Below are positions 1 through 8,943 of a stretch of DNA of 64,000 bases, piece by piece (position 1 is the first letter of the stretch; the number at the start of each line of letters is the position of its first letter). The notes beneath the pieces are model-generated. The model worked only from the letters and a program-made list of their open reading frames with translations. It was not told where the DNA came from and did no database searches. The DNA comes from Candidatus Rokuibacteriota bacterium (GTDB lineage Bacteria > Methylomirabilota > Methylomirabilia > Rokubacteriales > CSP1-6). Location: assembly GCA_030647435.1 (NCBI GenBank), contig JAUSJX010000078.1, positions 40,878 to 104,877 on the forward strand, read 5' to 3'. Both the position numbers and the translations under genes were made by a program.

Positions 1-771
1 TACATCGACATCAACTGCGACATGGGCGAGAGCTACGGCCGCTGGACCCTCGGCAACGACGAGGGCGTCATGCCCCACATCACGTCCGCCAACATCGCCT
101 GCGGCTTCCACGGGGGCGACCCCCACGTGATGCGGAAGACGGTCGAGCTGGCGCTCAAGCACGGCGTGGCGATCGGCGCCCACCCCGGCCTGCCCGACCT
201 CATGGGCTTCGGCCGCAGGCGGATGGAAGTGTCGCCGCAGGAGATCAAGGACATCCACCGGTATCAAGTCGGCGCGCTCGGCGCCTTCGTCAAGGCGGCG
301 GGCACCACGCTCCAGCACGTCAAGGCCCACGGCATCCAGTACCACATGTTCGAGGAGAACCTGGAGCTGGGCCGCGCCTCGGCCGAGCAGGTGCTGGAGC
401 TCGACCCGAACCTGATCCTCATGGTCATGGCGATGACCAAGTACGACGCCGAAGCGCGCAAGACCAAGGTGCGCGTCGCCGCCGAGGGCTTCGCGGACCG
501 CGTCTACGCCGACGACGGCCAGCTCGTCTCGCGCAAGCTCGGTAAGGACGCGCTCGTCTCCGATCCGTCAAAGGCCGCCGAACAGGCGGTGCGGATGGTG
601 ATGGAGCAGAAGGTCAAGACGATCACGGGCAAGACCATCAGCGCCAAGGTGGACACCATCTGCATCCACGGCGACAGCCCGGGCGCGGACAAGATCGTTG
701 CGGCGGTGCGCGAAGGGCTCGTCAAGGCGGGCGCGGTCGTCAAGCCGCTGCGCGACTGGTTCAAGGGCTAG
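1..771 (+). CDS. pxpA: 5-oxoprolinase subunit A (LamB/YcsF family), 5'-partial; reading frame is open from base 1
   Basis: N-terminal YIDINCDMGE plus HGGDP and ICIHGD motifs are typical of LamB/YcsF lactam utilisation proteins. The ORF is in frame from the first base of the window. Confidence 0.8.
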   Translation, partial: YIDINCDMGESYGRWTLGNDEGVMPHITSANIACGFHGGDPHVMRKTVELALKHGVAIGAHPGLPDLMGFGRRRMEVSPQEIKDIHRYQVGALGAFVKAAGTTLQHVKAHGIQYHMFEENLELGRASAEQVLELDPNLILMVMAMTKYDAEARKTKVRVAAEGFADRVYADDGQLVSRKLGKDALVSDPSKAAEQAVRMVMEQKVKTITGKTISAKVDTICIHGDSPGADKIVAAVREGLVKAGAVVKPLRDWFKG

Positions 772-772
772 C

Positions 773-1105
773 TTAGATCGGGGTCAGGTCTTGCATTCCT
801 ACATTTGCCTCGGGACGCCACCGGGGTAAGCGATGGTTCGCCGGGACCTGATGTCGGATTGCAAGACCTGACCCCGCCGGCCGCCGGTAGGTCCCATCAG
901 GGGCTTCGACCAGCAAGTTGTTGTTGGAGAAGGACACCAGCTTGCCCCAGCCCTTAGGCACGCTCATCTCGTACTTGGGGGCGGCCGTCTGCGCATGGGC
1001 ATCGCGCGGCCGGAGCTGCCCCATCCAGAGATGGCCGGCGATGGCGATCAAGGCAAAGGCGATGACGGGAAGCACGGCTTTCGTGTAACGGTCGGCGGCG
1101 GTCAT
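773..1105 (-). CDS. Hypothetical small protein with an N-terminal transmembrane segment (AVLPVIAFALIAIAGHLW). Its C-terminal about 30 codons are encoded by a hairpin repeat.
   Basis: ATG at 1105 is preceded by GGAGGA. The hydrophobic helix is followed by a soluble domain. No family was recognised. Confidence 0.45.
   Translation of the reverse strand: MTAADRYTKAVLPVIAFALIAIAGHLWMGQLRPRDAHAQTAAPKYEMSVPKGWGKLVSFSNNNLLVEAPDGTYRRPAGSGLAIRHQVPANHRLPRWRPEANVGMQDLTPI
781..878. repeat. Imperfect inverted repeat. The 20-bp arms GGGGTCAGGTCTTGCATTCC / GGATTGCAAGACCTGACCCC are separated by about 60 bp and sit between convergent gene ends.
   Basis: Read directly from the sequence: the arms are reverse-complementary with one mismatch. 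A 20-mer within it (GATGTCGGATTGCAAGACCT) recurs exactly at 50891-50910. Confidence 0.6.
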
Positions 1106-1169
1106 GGCAGCGTCCTCCTCGTCGTTGGGTAAGCTCGTGTGCTGACGATATTCGGCACGAGGGTGGCTT

Positions 1170-2210
1170 TCAAGGGGCCTCATGGCTGCCTCTGGAGCGG
1201 AGGATGCCCTCGAGCCGCTCCGCGGCGCGGTCCCAGTCGAAGCGTGACGTGACGAAGGCTCGGCCCTGGCGGGCGAGGCGCTCGCGGAGCGCGGCGTCGG
1301 TCACCATGCGCTCGAGCACCTGGGCCAGCGCGGCCACATCGCACCGCGGCGCCACCAGCGCGGTCTCGCCGTCCTTCGCATAGTCGCGGCAGCCGCCGTT
1401 GTCGAAGGTGACGAGCGCGGCGCCGCAGGCCATGGCCTCCATAGGCGGCATGCCGAGCCCCTCGTCCCAGGACGGGCAGAGATAGATGGGACACCGGCTG
1501 TAGAGCCACGCGAGGCGTTCCTGAGGCAGGTTCTCGTGGAACTCGTCGTACGGCAGCGCCTCGCGCGGGCGCTTGACACCGAAGCCCACCAGCAGGACGG
1601 AAGAGTGCCGCACCTTGACCGCCGCGACAGCCTCGAGCCCTTCGCGCACGCCCTTCCACGCGTAGTCGTGGTGGAGCATGAGCACGCGGAGGGCGTCGTC
1701 CGACCGTGCGCCTTCGACCGGACGGAAGAGCTCGCGGTCCACGGGAGTAACCAGGACGTCGGCCGCGCTCGCGAAGCGCTCCCGCATGATGTCCTTGAGC
1801 CACGTGGAGATGACGATCTTCTTGAGCGGCAGCGCGTAGGTCGCGTCCACCCGAGCGGGGTCCCCGTGGTAGAGGCTTTCGTAGTGCTGGACGAAGTAGA
1901 ACTTGGCGCCGGCGCTCGCGGACGCCCGCGCGACGGCATCGGCCGACTGCCACGCCGTGGCGATGAGCGCGTCGGCATGCGGTAGACGCGCGGGATCCCA
2001 CTCCGCCACCCAGCGCACGCGGGCGCGGAAGCCCGGGATCCAGTCCGGCCCCTGCCCGCGGACATTGCGCCACCAGACGAGCCAGGGCTGCTTGGCGGGC
2101 ACCACCACGGTGACGTCGTGGCCGCGCCCGGTGAGGCGATCCGCGTAGGTCAGGATGGCGCGCACGCCGCCGGCGATGCGGATATGCGGCGCGAGAAAGG
2201 TGATCTTCAA
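1170..2210 (-). CDS. GT4 (GT1-fold) family glycosyltransferase
   Basis: The EX7E-type C-terminal region (CPSWDEGLGMPPMEAMACGAALV) is typical of retaining GT-B glycosyltransferases. The likely start is TTG at 2210 (MKITFLAPHIRIAGG). The longer ORF running to 2246 would be encoded by the REP-like repeat. Confidence 0.75.
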   Translation of the reverse strand: MKITFLAPHIRIAGGVRAILTYADRLTGRGHDVTVVVPAKQPWLVWWRNVRGQGPDWIPGFRARVRWVAEWDPARLPHADALIATAWQSADAVARASASAGAKFYFVQHYESLYHGDPARVDATYALPLKKIVISTWLKDIMRERFASAADVLVTPVDRELFRPVEGARSDDALRVLMLHHDYAWKGVREGLEAVAAVKVRHSSVLLVGFGVKRPREALPYDEFHENLPQERLAWLYSRCPIYLCPSWDEGLGMPPMEAMACGAALVTFDNGGCRDYAKDGETALVAPRCDVAALAQVLERMVTDAALRERLARQGRAFVTSRFDWDRAAERLEGILRSRGSHEAP

Positions 2211-2220
2211 GAACGCCCCA

Positions 2221-2330
2221 CCCTCACCCTTCCCTCTCCCTCCCAAGAGGGAGAGGGAATCAAACAGGTCCCCTCTCCACCTTCGAGGGGGGAGAGGGCC
2301 AGGGTGAGGGGGAGGCGGTCCGCGGCATCA
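2221..2330. repeat. REP-like composite palindromic repeat (CCCTCTCCC..GGGAGAGGG and CCCTCACCC..GGGTGAGGG hairpins)
   Basis: Nested inverted repeats are seen directly. The same unit family occurs at 33571-33652 and 39901-40017. Confidence 0.6.
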
Positions 2331-3980
2331 GATGGCCATCGAGACCTGGCCGCCGCGGCGGTAGGCGCCGGGGTCCAGCACCACGTTGATGCAGAAGACC
2401 TCGCCCGAGCCCATGGCGCGATCGAGCGCGGGGCGGAGCTGCTTCGGCTCGGTCACCTGCACGCCCTTGCCGCCGAGCGCTTCCACCATCTGGTCGAAGC
2501 GCGTGAAGGGCAGCGAGGTCGCCACCTGGCGTTCGGCGCCGAAGAAGGAGAGCTGCGGGTTGCGGATCTGCCCCCAGCCACCGTCGTTGCCGATCACCAC
2601 CGTCATCGGCAGCTTGAAGCGCACGGCCGTCTCCATCTCCATGCCGTTCAGCCCGAACGCGCCGTCGCCCGCGATCAGCAGCACGCGCTCCGCCGGGCGC
2701 AGCAGTTTGGCGGCGATGGCGAAGGACGGCCCCACACCCAGGCACCCGAACGGCCCCGGGTCGAGCCACTGCCCCGGGCGCTGGAGCGAGACGATCTTCG
2801 ACGCGCAGCCGACCACGTCGCCCCCGTCGCCGACGACCGTGGTCTGCGCATCGACGACGGCGGCCAGCTCGTGGCCGAGGCGGTAGTGGCTGATGGGCAC
2901 GCTGTCGGAGAGCCGCTCCGCCATGAGCCGCTCCTGGCTCTCAGTCTCTTTCTTCTTGACGGCCTGCCGCCACGCCTCGAAGCGCCCTGCCACGTTCTTC
3001 GAAAGCGCCTCCTTCGCTCCTCGCAGCGTGAGCCCGATGTGAGACGCGAGCCCAAGCTCGAGAGGCCGGTTGCGCCCCAGCTCGACAGGATCACAGTCCA
3101 CCATCACCACCTTGACGTGTTCAGCGAAGGACGGCGGCCGGCCATAGCCCAGACGGAAATCGAGCGGTGTGCCGAGGACGAGGACGAAGTCCGCCTGCCC
3201 CAGCGCGAAGCCGCGCGCCTGTGAGAAGCCGAGCGGATGTCCCGCGGGAAGGGACCCGCGTCCGGCGCCGTTCATGAAGACGGGTACGCCGGCGGCCTCC
3301 GCGAAAGCCGCGAGATCCGCCGCCGCGTCATCCCAGTAGACACCACTCCCCGCCATGACGATGGGCCGCTCGGCCTTCGACAAGAGATCGGCGAGCTTCT
3401 GGACCGACTCCGCATCGGGCGCGAGCGGCCGGCGATGGACATACCCCGTCGGGATGGGCGCAAAACGATCCTCGACCATGGTCATCAGGAGATCCACGGG
3501 GATCTCGACGAAGACCGGACCCGGCCTGCCGGTCAGCGCGGTGCGGATGGCCGTCGTCAAGACTTCCGGTATCTGGCGGGTCTCGGAGACCGTCCACGAG
3601 CCCTTGGTGATCGGCTTGAGGAGATCAACCTGCTCGACTTCCTGGAGCGAGCCGAGCCCGCGCAGCCCGAGCGGCGCCGCGCCGCCGATCAGGAGCAGAG
3701 GGCTCCGCGCCGAGTACGCGTTGGCGACTCCCGTCACCGCGTCGGTCACGCCGGGCCCCGCCGTCACGGCGGCCACGCCGATGTTGCGCGTCAGCCGCGC
3801 GTAGGCGTCGCCCGCGTGCGCCGCCGCCTGCTCGTGGCGCACGTCCACCACCTCGACACCCTCGGTAATGCAGCCGTCATAGATCGGCAGGATGTGCCCG
3901 CCGCAGAGCGTGAAGATGTGGCCGACGCCCGCCTGCTTGAGCGTCCGCGCCACCAAGTGCCCGCCGTTCAGATCCGCCAT
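2328..3980 (-). CDS. Thiamine-diphosphate-dependent enzyme, acetolactate-synthase large-subunit-like
   Basis: ThDP-binding GDG(A/S)..N motif (IAGDGAFGLNGMEMETAVRFKLPMTVVIGNDGGWG) and an N-terminal Pyr domain (HIFTLCGGHILPIY). ATG at 3980 follows GGAGG. Confidence 0.85.
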   Translation of the reverse strand: MADLNGGHLVARTLKQAGVGHIFTLCGGHILPIYDGCITEGVEVVDVRHEQAAAHAGDAYARLTRNIGVAAVTAGPGVTDAVTGVANAYSARSPLLLIGGAAPLGLRGLGSLQEVEQVDLLKPITKGSWTVSETRQIPEVLTTAIRTALTGRPGPVFVEIPVDLLMTMVEDRFAPIPTGYVHRRPLAPDAESVQKLADLLSKAERPIVMAGSGVYWDDAAADLAAFAEAAGVPVFMNGAGRGSLPAGHPLGFSQARGFALGQADFVLVLGTPLDFRLGYGRPPSFAEHVKVVMVDCDPVELGRNRPLELGLASHIGLTLRGAKEALSKNVAGRFEAWRQAVKKKETESQERLMAERLSDSVPISHYRLGHELAAVVDAQTTVVGDGGDVVGCASKIVSLQRPGQWLDPGPFGCLGVGPSFAIAAKLLRPAERVLLIAGDGAFGLNGMEMETAVRFKLPMTVVIGNDGGWGQIRNPQLSFFGAERQVATSLPFTRFDQMVEALGGKGVQVTEPKQLRPALDRAMGSGEVFCINVVLDPGAYRRGGQVSMAI

Positions 3981-3996
3981 GGGTATTCCTCGCCTC

Positions 3997-4704
3997 CTAC
4001 CAGAACTTCTCCCACTTGACGCTCTTGCGGTCCATGCCTTTCGTGACGAGGGCGTCGCGGACGGCGTTGACCGTGTCGCCGCCGCCGCAGACATAGACCA
4101 CGAGCTTGTCCACGCTGTGGACGAGCCGGTCCACGACGGCGGCGGCCTCGCCCGACTCGCCGCGCCAGCCCGCGGGCGCCGCGCGCACCGCCGCCACGTA
4201 AGTGAAGCCGGGGTAGCGCCGCGCGAGGGAGCGGAACTCGGCGTCGTAGAGGAGCCACGAGGGGTCGCGCGCCCAGTAAATCAGGATGGTCTGGCGGCCG
4301 TAGCCCGTCTCGTAGAGATTGGCAAGGATCGACCGCACCGGCACGATGCCGATCTCCTCGGCGACGAAGACGGCGCGGCGCGGGTCGGCGCGGTTGAAGG
4401 TGAAGCCTCCCGTCGGCCCCTTGAACTCCACCGGATCGCCGGGCTTGAGCGCCCGCAGCCACTGGGACCCCATGCCCCCGGGCGCGACGTCCACGGCCAG
4501 CGTGATCGTCCGCTTGCGCGTGGGCGACGACAGGATAGTCCAGGCGCGCACGGTCTTGGGGCCGAAGGGCACTGAGATCCACTGCCCCGCATCGAAGTCG
4601 AGCGCGTCCGGCTCGACCATGCGGAGATCCACTTCGATCACTTCGGGGCGCGGCCAGCGGATGCCGGCAACCTCCGCCCGGCACTCCCGTGGCTTGGCAG
4701 CCAA
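3997..4704 (-). CDS. FNR-like FAD/NAD(P)-binding oxidoreductase (ferredoxin-NADP reductase-type two-domain reductase)
   Basis: An FAD-binding beta-barrel region (FDAGQWISV) is followed by an NAD-binding Rossmann region. The start abuts the stop of the upstream LLM gene. Confidence 0.65.
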   Translation of the reverse strand: MAAKPRECRAEVAGIRWPRPEVIEVDLRMVEPDALDFDAGQWISVPFGPKTVRAWTILSSPTRKRTITLAVDVAPGGMGSQWLRALKPGDPVEFKGPTGGFTFNRADPRRAVFVAEEIGIVPVRSILANLYETGYGRQTILIYWARDPSWLLYDAEFRSLARRYPGFTYVAAVRAAPAGWRGESGEAAAVVDRLVHSVDKLVVYVCGGGDTVNAVRDALVTKGMDRKSVKWEKFW

Positions 4705-5631
4705 CTACCGCCCCCGGAACTTCGGGAAGAGTTCGGCGGCGTACGTCTCGATCTGCTCGGCCTCGGCGGCGGCGGCGCAGATCGCGTTGAGGACGAAGTA
4801 GGAGCAGCCGGCCTCGATGAAGCGCTGGAGCTGCTCCGCGCACTGCTCCGGCGTGCCGATGATGCCGTACCTCTTCGCCAGCGGCGCGAAGTCCTGGGCG
4901 TAGCGCGTCGAGAGCCGCTCGACCCACGCCCGCTCGGCGCTCTCGTAGTCCTTGCCGACGGTGATGAAGGTCAGGTGCGCCTTCGTGAAGCCCTCGAGCG
5001 AGCGGCCCGCCATCGCCGCGGCCGCCTCGATCTTGGCGAGGCTCTGCTTGTAGCGCTCCGCCTGGACGACGTAGGAGATCCAGCCGTCGCCCTGCCGCCC
5101 CGCGCGGGCGAGCGCCGCGTCCGAGCGGCCACCGATCCAGATGGGCGGCGCGGGCCTCTGGACGGGCTTGGGATCTATGCTCACGCCCTCGAATTGGGTG
5201 AAGCGCCCCGTGAAGCTGGCCGGCGAGTCGCGCCAGAGCGTGCGCACGACGTCGATGCCTTCCGTGACGCGCGCGCCGCGTTCCTTGTGGGGAATGCCGC
5301 AGGCCTCGAACTCCTTCGGGTTCTCCCCGCCGACACCGACGCCGAAGATGAGGCGCCCCCCCGACAGGGCGTCGAGGGTCGAGGTGATCTTGGCTGCCAC
5401 CGTCGGCTGGCGGAGCGCGAGCAAGTAGACGCCCGCGCCGAGCTTGACCCGGCTCGTGATGCCGGCGTACGAGGCCAGGAGCGTCAGCGACTCGTAGAGC
5501 GGGGTGTGAAAGGAGACGTGATCCCCGGTCCACAGCGAATCGAAGCCGAGCGCGTCCACGCGGCGCGCGATGGCGAACTGCTCCTGGGGCGGGTGCAGCG
5601 AGAGAAAGGCGCCGAAGCGGATGGGCGGCAT
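4705..5631 (-). CDS. Luciferase-like monooxygenase (LLM) class, F420-dependent-type oxidoreductase
   Basis: TIM-barrel LLM signatures (FDSLWTGDHVSF, IFGVGVGG) are present. Confidence 0.8.
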   Translation of the reverse strand: MPPIRFGAFLSLHPPQEQFAIARRVDALGFDSLWTGDHVSFHTPLYESLTLLASYAGITSRVKLGAGVYLLALRQPTVAAKITSTLDALSGGRLIFGVGVGGENPKEFEACGIPHKERGARVTEGIDVVRTLWRDSPASFTGRFTQFEGVSIDPKPVQRPAPPIWIGGRSDAALARAGRQGDGWISYVVQAERYKQSLAKIEAAAAMAGRSLEGFTKAHLTFITVGKDYESAERAWVERLSTRYAQDFAPLAKRYGIIGTPEQCAEQLQRFIEAGCSYFVLNAICAAAAEAEQIETYAAELFPKFRGR

Positions 5632-5634
5632 GGG

Positions 5635-7695
5635 TTACCTCGGGAAGGCGTCCTTGACCCCGCCGTCCACCGTGATGGTGCAGCCCGTGGTCTTGGCCGA
5701 GCGGTCGGAGGCGAGGAAGAGCACGGCCTCCGCCACATCCTCGGGCAGGATGGGCGCGGCCAGGATGTTGCGCTTGCGGTAGAAGTCCTCGAGCTGCTCG
5801 ACCGTGATGCCCTGGGCGCGGGCGCGCTCGCGCCGGACGTCCTCCGACCAGAGCTTGGAGTCGCGGAAGACGGCGTCCGGGTTGACGATGTTGGAACGGA
5901 TGCCGTGCGGTCCGCCTTCCAACGCCAGCACCTTGGCCAGCTGCGCCTCGGCGGCCTTGGCGGCAGAGTACGCGGCGAAGTCCTTGCCCGGCGACATGAC
6001 GTTCTTGGTGGCGACGAAGACGAAGGCGCCGCCCAGCCCCTGCGCCTTGAGGACGCGCATCCCCTCGCGCGCCACGAGGAAGTGGCCCGTCGAGTTGACG
6101 GCGAAGGAGCGCTCCCAGTCCGCGAGGCTCATCTGGTCCACGGGGGAGGAATGCGCGATGCCCGCGTTCGAGACGATGATGTCGAGGCCGCCGTAGGCCA
6201 GCACGGCTTCCTCGAAGCCCGAAATCACCGACGCTTCATTCGAAACGTCCATCCCCACGCCGATCGCCCGTCCCGCTCCCGAGCCCGCGACGACTTCGTC
6301 GGCCACTTTGCGCGCCCCGGCGGCGTCGAGGTCGGTTACGACGACGTGCGCCCCCTCGGCGGCAAGGCGGAGCGCCGCGGCCCGGCCGATGCCCGAGGCT
6401 CCGCCGGTGACGAGCGCGATGCGCCGCGCCAGCTCCTTTTCGGGAGGCGCCTGGCTGAGCTTGTAGAGCTCGAGCGGCCAGTACTCGACATCGAACGCGT
6501 CTTTGGCGGTCAGCGAGACGTAGCTACCGAAGGACGTCGCCGCGCCCAGGACGGAGATCGTGTGGTGGTAGATGTCGTTGACGATGCCGGCGGTGCGGCG
6601 ATCCTTGCCGGTGGTGAACATCCCCAGCCCCGCCACCGTGATCACCCGCGGGAAGGCGTCGGTCAGCGCCGCGCCGCCCGCGTTGTGGGCGTTGAAGTAC
6701 GACGTGTAGTCGGCGACGAAACGTTCCACGGACGCCTTGATGGCGGCGGTCACCGCCGCGGGATCCCGCGGATCGTCCACCGGGGCGAAGCAGGGCAGCC
6801 GCTTGGTGTAAATGGTGTGGTCAGGGGTCGCGGGGCCGATCGTCGAGAGCGGCGCCGCCTCTTTCGAACACGCGAACTCGAGGACGTCGGGGGCGTCGTC
6901 GAAGGCCATGACACCACGGCGGTCTCTGCCGAGGAGCCCCCGCAGCGCGGGAGCCACGGCCAGCGCGACGCGCCGCCTCTCCTCGGGCGATGCGGCGGCC
7001 ACGGCGGCGCCGCCGAAGCGCGCGCGCCCTTTCGCCCGGTGCGCGATGGCCTCCTCGGCCCGGCTGATCAGCTCCATCGTCGAGAGATACGCTTCCTTGA
7101 CCGTGGCGCCCCAGCAAATCGTCCCGTGCTTCTCGAGCAGGAGCGCCTTGACCTTGGGATGGCGCTCGAACGTCTCGGCGACCTCGCGCGAGATCAGGAA
7201 GCCCGGGCGCCGGTACGGGAGCGCGATGACGTCGCCGCCGTAGACCTCGCGCAAGACATCGGCCGCGCGATCGTTGTTCGTGAGCGAGACGATGGCGTCG
7301 GCATGGGTGTGGATGACCGCCTCGGCGGGCAGGAAGCCGTGCAGCAGCGTCTCGATGGACGGCCGCGGGCTCGCCGGCTCCTGGAGGGCGTGCGCCAGGT
7401 AGTCCACCATCTCCTGGTCGCCCATGTCTCGGCGCTCGAGGAGCGCCAGGATGTCGTCCATGCGCACGCCGGGGAAGTGCTTCTTCTCGATGCTCTTGAG
7501 GTCCGATCCCGAGCCCTTGACGCGCAGCACGCGGACGTCCCGCCCCCGATAGTCACGCTCGGCGCGCTTGATCGACGTGTTTCCCCCGCCCCACACGACG
7601 AGCGAGGTCTCGGCGCCGATCAGCCGCGAGGCGTAGACGAGGAGGTCGAGGGCGTCGAGATTTTTCGCCGCGGCGTCATCCCAGCGCGACTTCAT
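5635..7695 (-). CDS. Bifunctional rhamnulose-1-phosphate aldolase (class II aldolase/adducin domain) / short-chain dehydrogenase
   Basis: N-terminal class II aldolase domain and C-terminal SDR domain (TGGASGIGRA, NAG, YSAAK). The architecture matches the known bifunctional RhaD-SDR family. Confidence 0.85.
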   Translation of the reverse strand: MKSRWDDAAAKNLDALDLLVYASRLIGAETSLVVWGGGNTSIKRAERDYRGRDVRVLRVKGSGSDLKSIEKKHFPGVRMDDILALLERRDMGDQEMVDYLAHALQEPASPRPSIETLLHGFLPAEAVIHTHADAIVSLTNNDRAADVLREVYGGDVIALPYRRPGFLISREVAETFERHPKVKALLLEKHGTICWGATVKEAYLSTMELISRAEEAIAHRAKGRARFGGAAVAAASPEERRRVALAVAPALRGLLGRDRRGVMAFDDAPDVLEFACSKEAAPLSTIGPATPDHTIYTKRLPCFAPVDDPRDPAAVTAAIKASVERFVADYTSYFNAHNAGGAALTDAFPRVITVAGLGMFTTGKDRRTAGIVNDIYHHTISVLGAATSFGSYVSLTAKDAFDVEYWPLELYKLSQAPPEKELARRIALVTGGASGIGRAAALRLAAEGAHVVVTDLDAAGARKVADEVVAGSGAGRAIGVGMDVSNEASVISGFEEAVLAYGGLDIIVSNAGIAHSSPVDQMSLADWERSFAVNSTGHFLVAREGMRVLKAQGLGGAFVFVATKNVMSPGKDFAAYSAAKAAEAQLAKVLALEGGPHGIRSNIVNPDAVFRDSKLWSEDVRRERARAQGITVEQLEDFYRKRNILAAPILPEDVAEAVLFLASDRSAKTTGCTITVDGGVKDAFPR

Positions 7696-7743
7696 GGCCA
7701 GCGCGACTTCATGGCGACACCATACCTGAAAGGGAGGGGCGCC

Positions 7744-8616
7744 TCAAGACGCGACGTCCCGCTGAGCCAGCCACACGCCGACGGAGGAGACGAGGAATCC
7801 CAGCATGGCCGTCGCCGTCAATGTCTCGCCGAGAACCACCCAGGCGAGGACGGCCGTGAGCCCCGGGATGACGTAGAAATTGCTCGACACTACGCCCGCG
7901 GTGCGCGAGCGCAGCATGAGCCCGAAAAGCCCCATGGCCCCAACCGAAACGGCCAGCGCGAGGTAGAGGGTGCTGCCGATGAGCCGCCAGGTCCACGCGA
8001 CGTGGAACGACTCCACCGTCGCCGCGAGGACAGCGCAGAGGACGGCGGCTGAGCCCATCTGGACCGCGTTGCCCGGCACGAGCGCGCCACCGCCGCAGTA
8101 GCGGCGGAAGTAGATGCTGCCGACGGCGAAGCAGACGATGCCGCCGACGGCCAGGAGCGCCGCGGCGACGCTCCGGCCGGGCACCGGCGCGACCCCCACG
8201 ACGAGGACGACACCCGTCACGCCCAGCGTCAGCCCAAGCCACTGGACGAGCCGCATGCGTTCGCCCAGGATGATCCAGCCGAGCAGGGCCGTCAGCATAG
8301 GGTTGAGCGCCGCGAGGAGCCCCATGGTGCCCGCGGCGAGATACTGGAGGGTGACGTAGGCGGTGGCGAGATAGATGCCGTTCATGAGCGCCCCCGCCAC
8401 AACAAAGTGGGGCCAGCGGCGGCCGAGCACGGCCGGCGGCTGACCCACAGCCCGCGCCAGCGCCAGGAGCACGACCGTCGCGATCGTGAAACGGAGCGCC
8501 AGCGAGGCGATGGGCGACATGTCGGGCAGGCTCAGCCTGACGACGATATAGGCCGAGCTCCAGAGGAAGATGAATGCGGCAGGCACGAGGACGCGCTGGG
8601 CCAGCGTGTGAGGCAT
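7744..8616 (-). CDS. EamA/DMT-family transporter (10 TM)
   Basis: Two repeated EamA halves with hydrophobic helices. Confidence 0.8.
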   Translation of the reverse strand: MPHTLAQRVLVPAAFIFLWSSAYIVVRLSLPDMSPIASLALRFTIATVVLLALARAVGQPPAVLGRRWPHFVVAGALMNGIYLATAYVTLQYLAAGTMGLLAALNPMLTALLGWIILGERMRLVQWLGLTLGVTGVVLVVGVAPVPGRSVAAALLAVGGIVCFAVGSIYFRRYCGGGALVPGNAVQMGSAAVLCAVLAATVESFHVAWTWRLIGSTLYLALAVSVGAMGLFGLMLRSRTAGVVSSNFYVIPGLTAVLAWVVLGETLTATAMLGFLVSSVGVWLAQRDVAS

Positions 8617-8881
8617 GGGCTCTATGCTTTAGACTGGCGGGACCAGGAAAGGAATCCCAGAATGAGTGAACCGATTGCGCGCGAGGTGCAGGCCTACTAT
8701 GCCCGAGGGGGAGAGGCCCGGCGTCTCTTCCGGACCCACGGGCTGATCGAGCTCGCGCGCACCCAGGAGATCATCCTGCGCCACCTCCCTCCGCCGCCTG
8801 GGCCGTCGAAAGCGAGCCCGCGCTCCTTGGCATCCACCCGCACCTGCTCGCCGTGGCGCGCCGCCCGACCTCAAATCCGGG

Positions 8882-8910
8882 TTGACACGCGGGCTCGGGC
8901 CGCTTAACGT
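8882..8910 (+). promoter_or_regulatory. Putative sigma70-type promoter for the 8944-12445 operon: -35 TTGACA (8882-8887), 17-nt spacer, -10 TAACGT (8905-8910), then RBS GGAGG at 8927-8931
   Basis: Consensus hexamers with canonical spacing were read directly. It is about 35 nt upstream of the ATG at 8944. Confidence 0.4.
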
Positions 8911-8943
8911 CCGGATTCAAGGGCACGGAGGTTCCCCCAGGAC

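Noticed and set aside
4975-8052. Very long ORF (1025 aa), and many others like it (e.g. 25916-28057, 28222-30717, 55699-57105, 16854-18257, 33636-34775), running antisense to well-supported genes
   Set aside because: These translate to low-complexity Arg/Gly/Ala/Asp-rich sequences with no domain signatures. Long stop-free antisense frames are expected at about 70% GC. The opposite-strand genes have clear family motifs.
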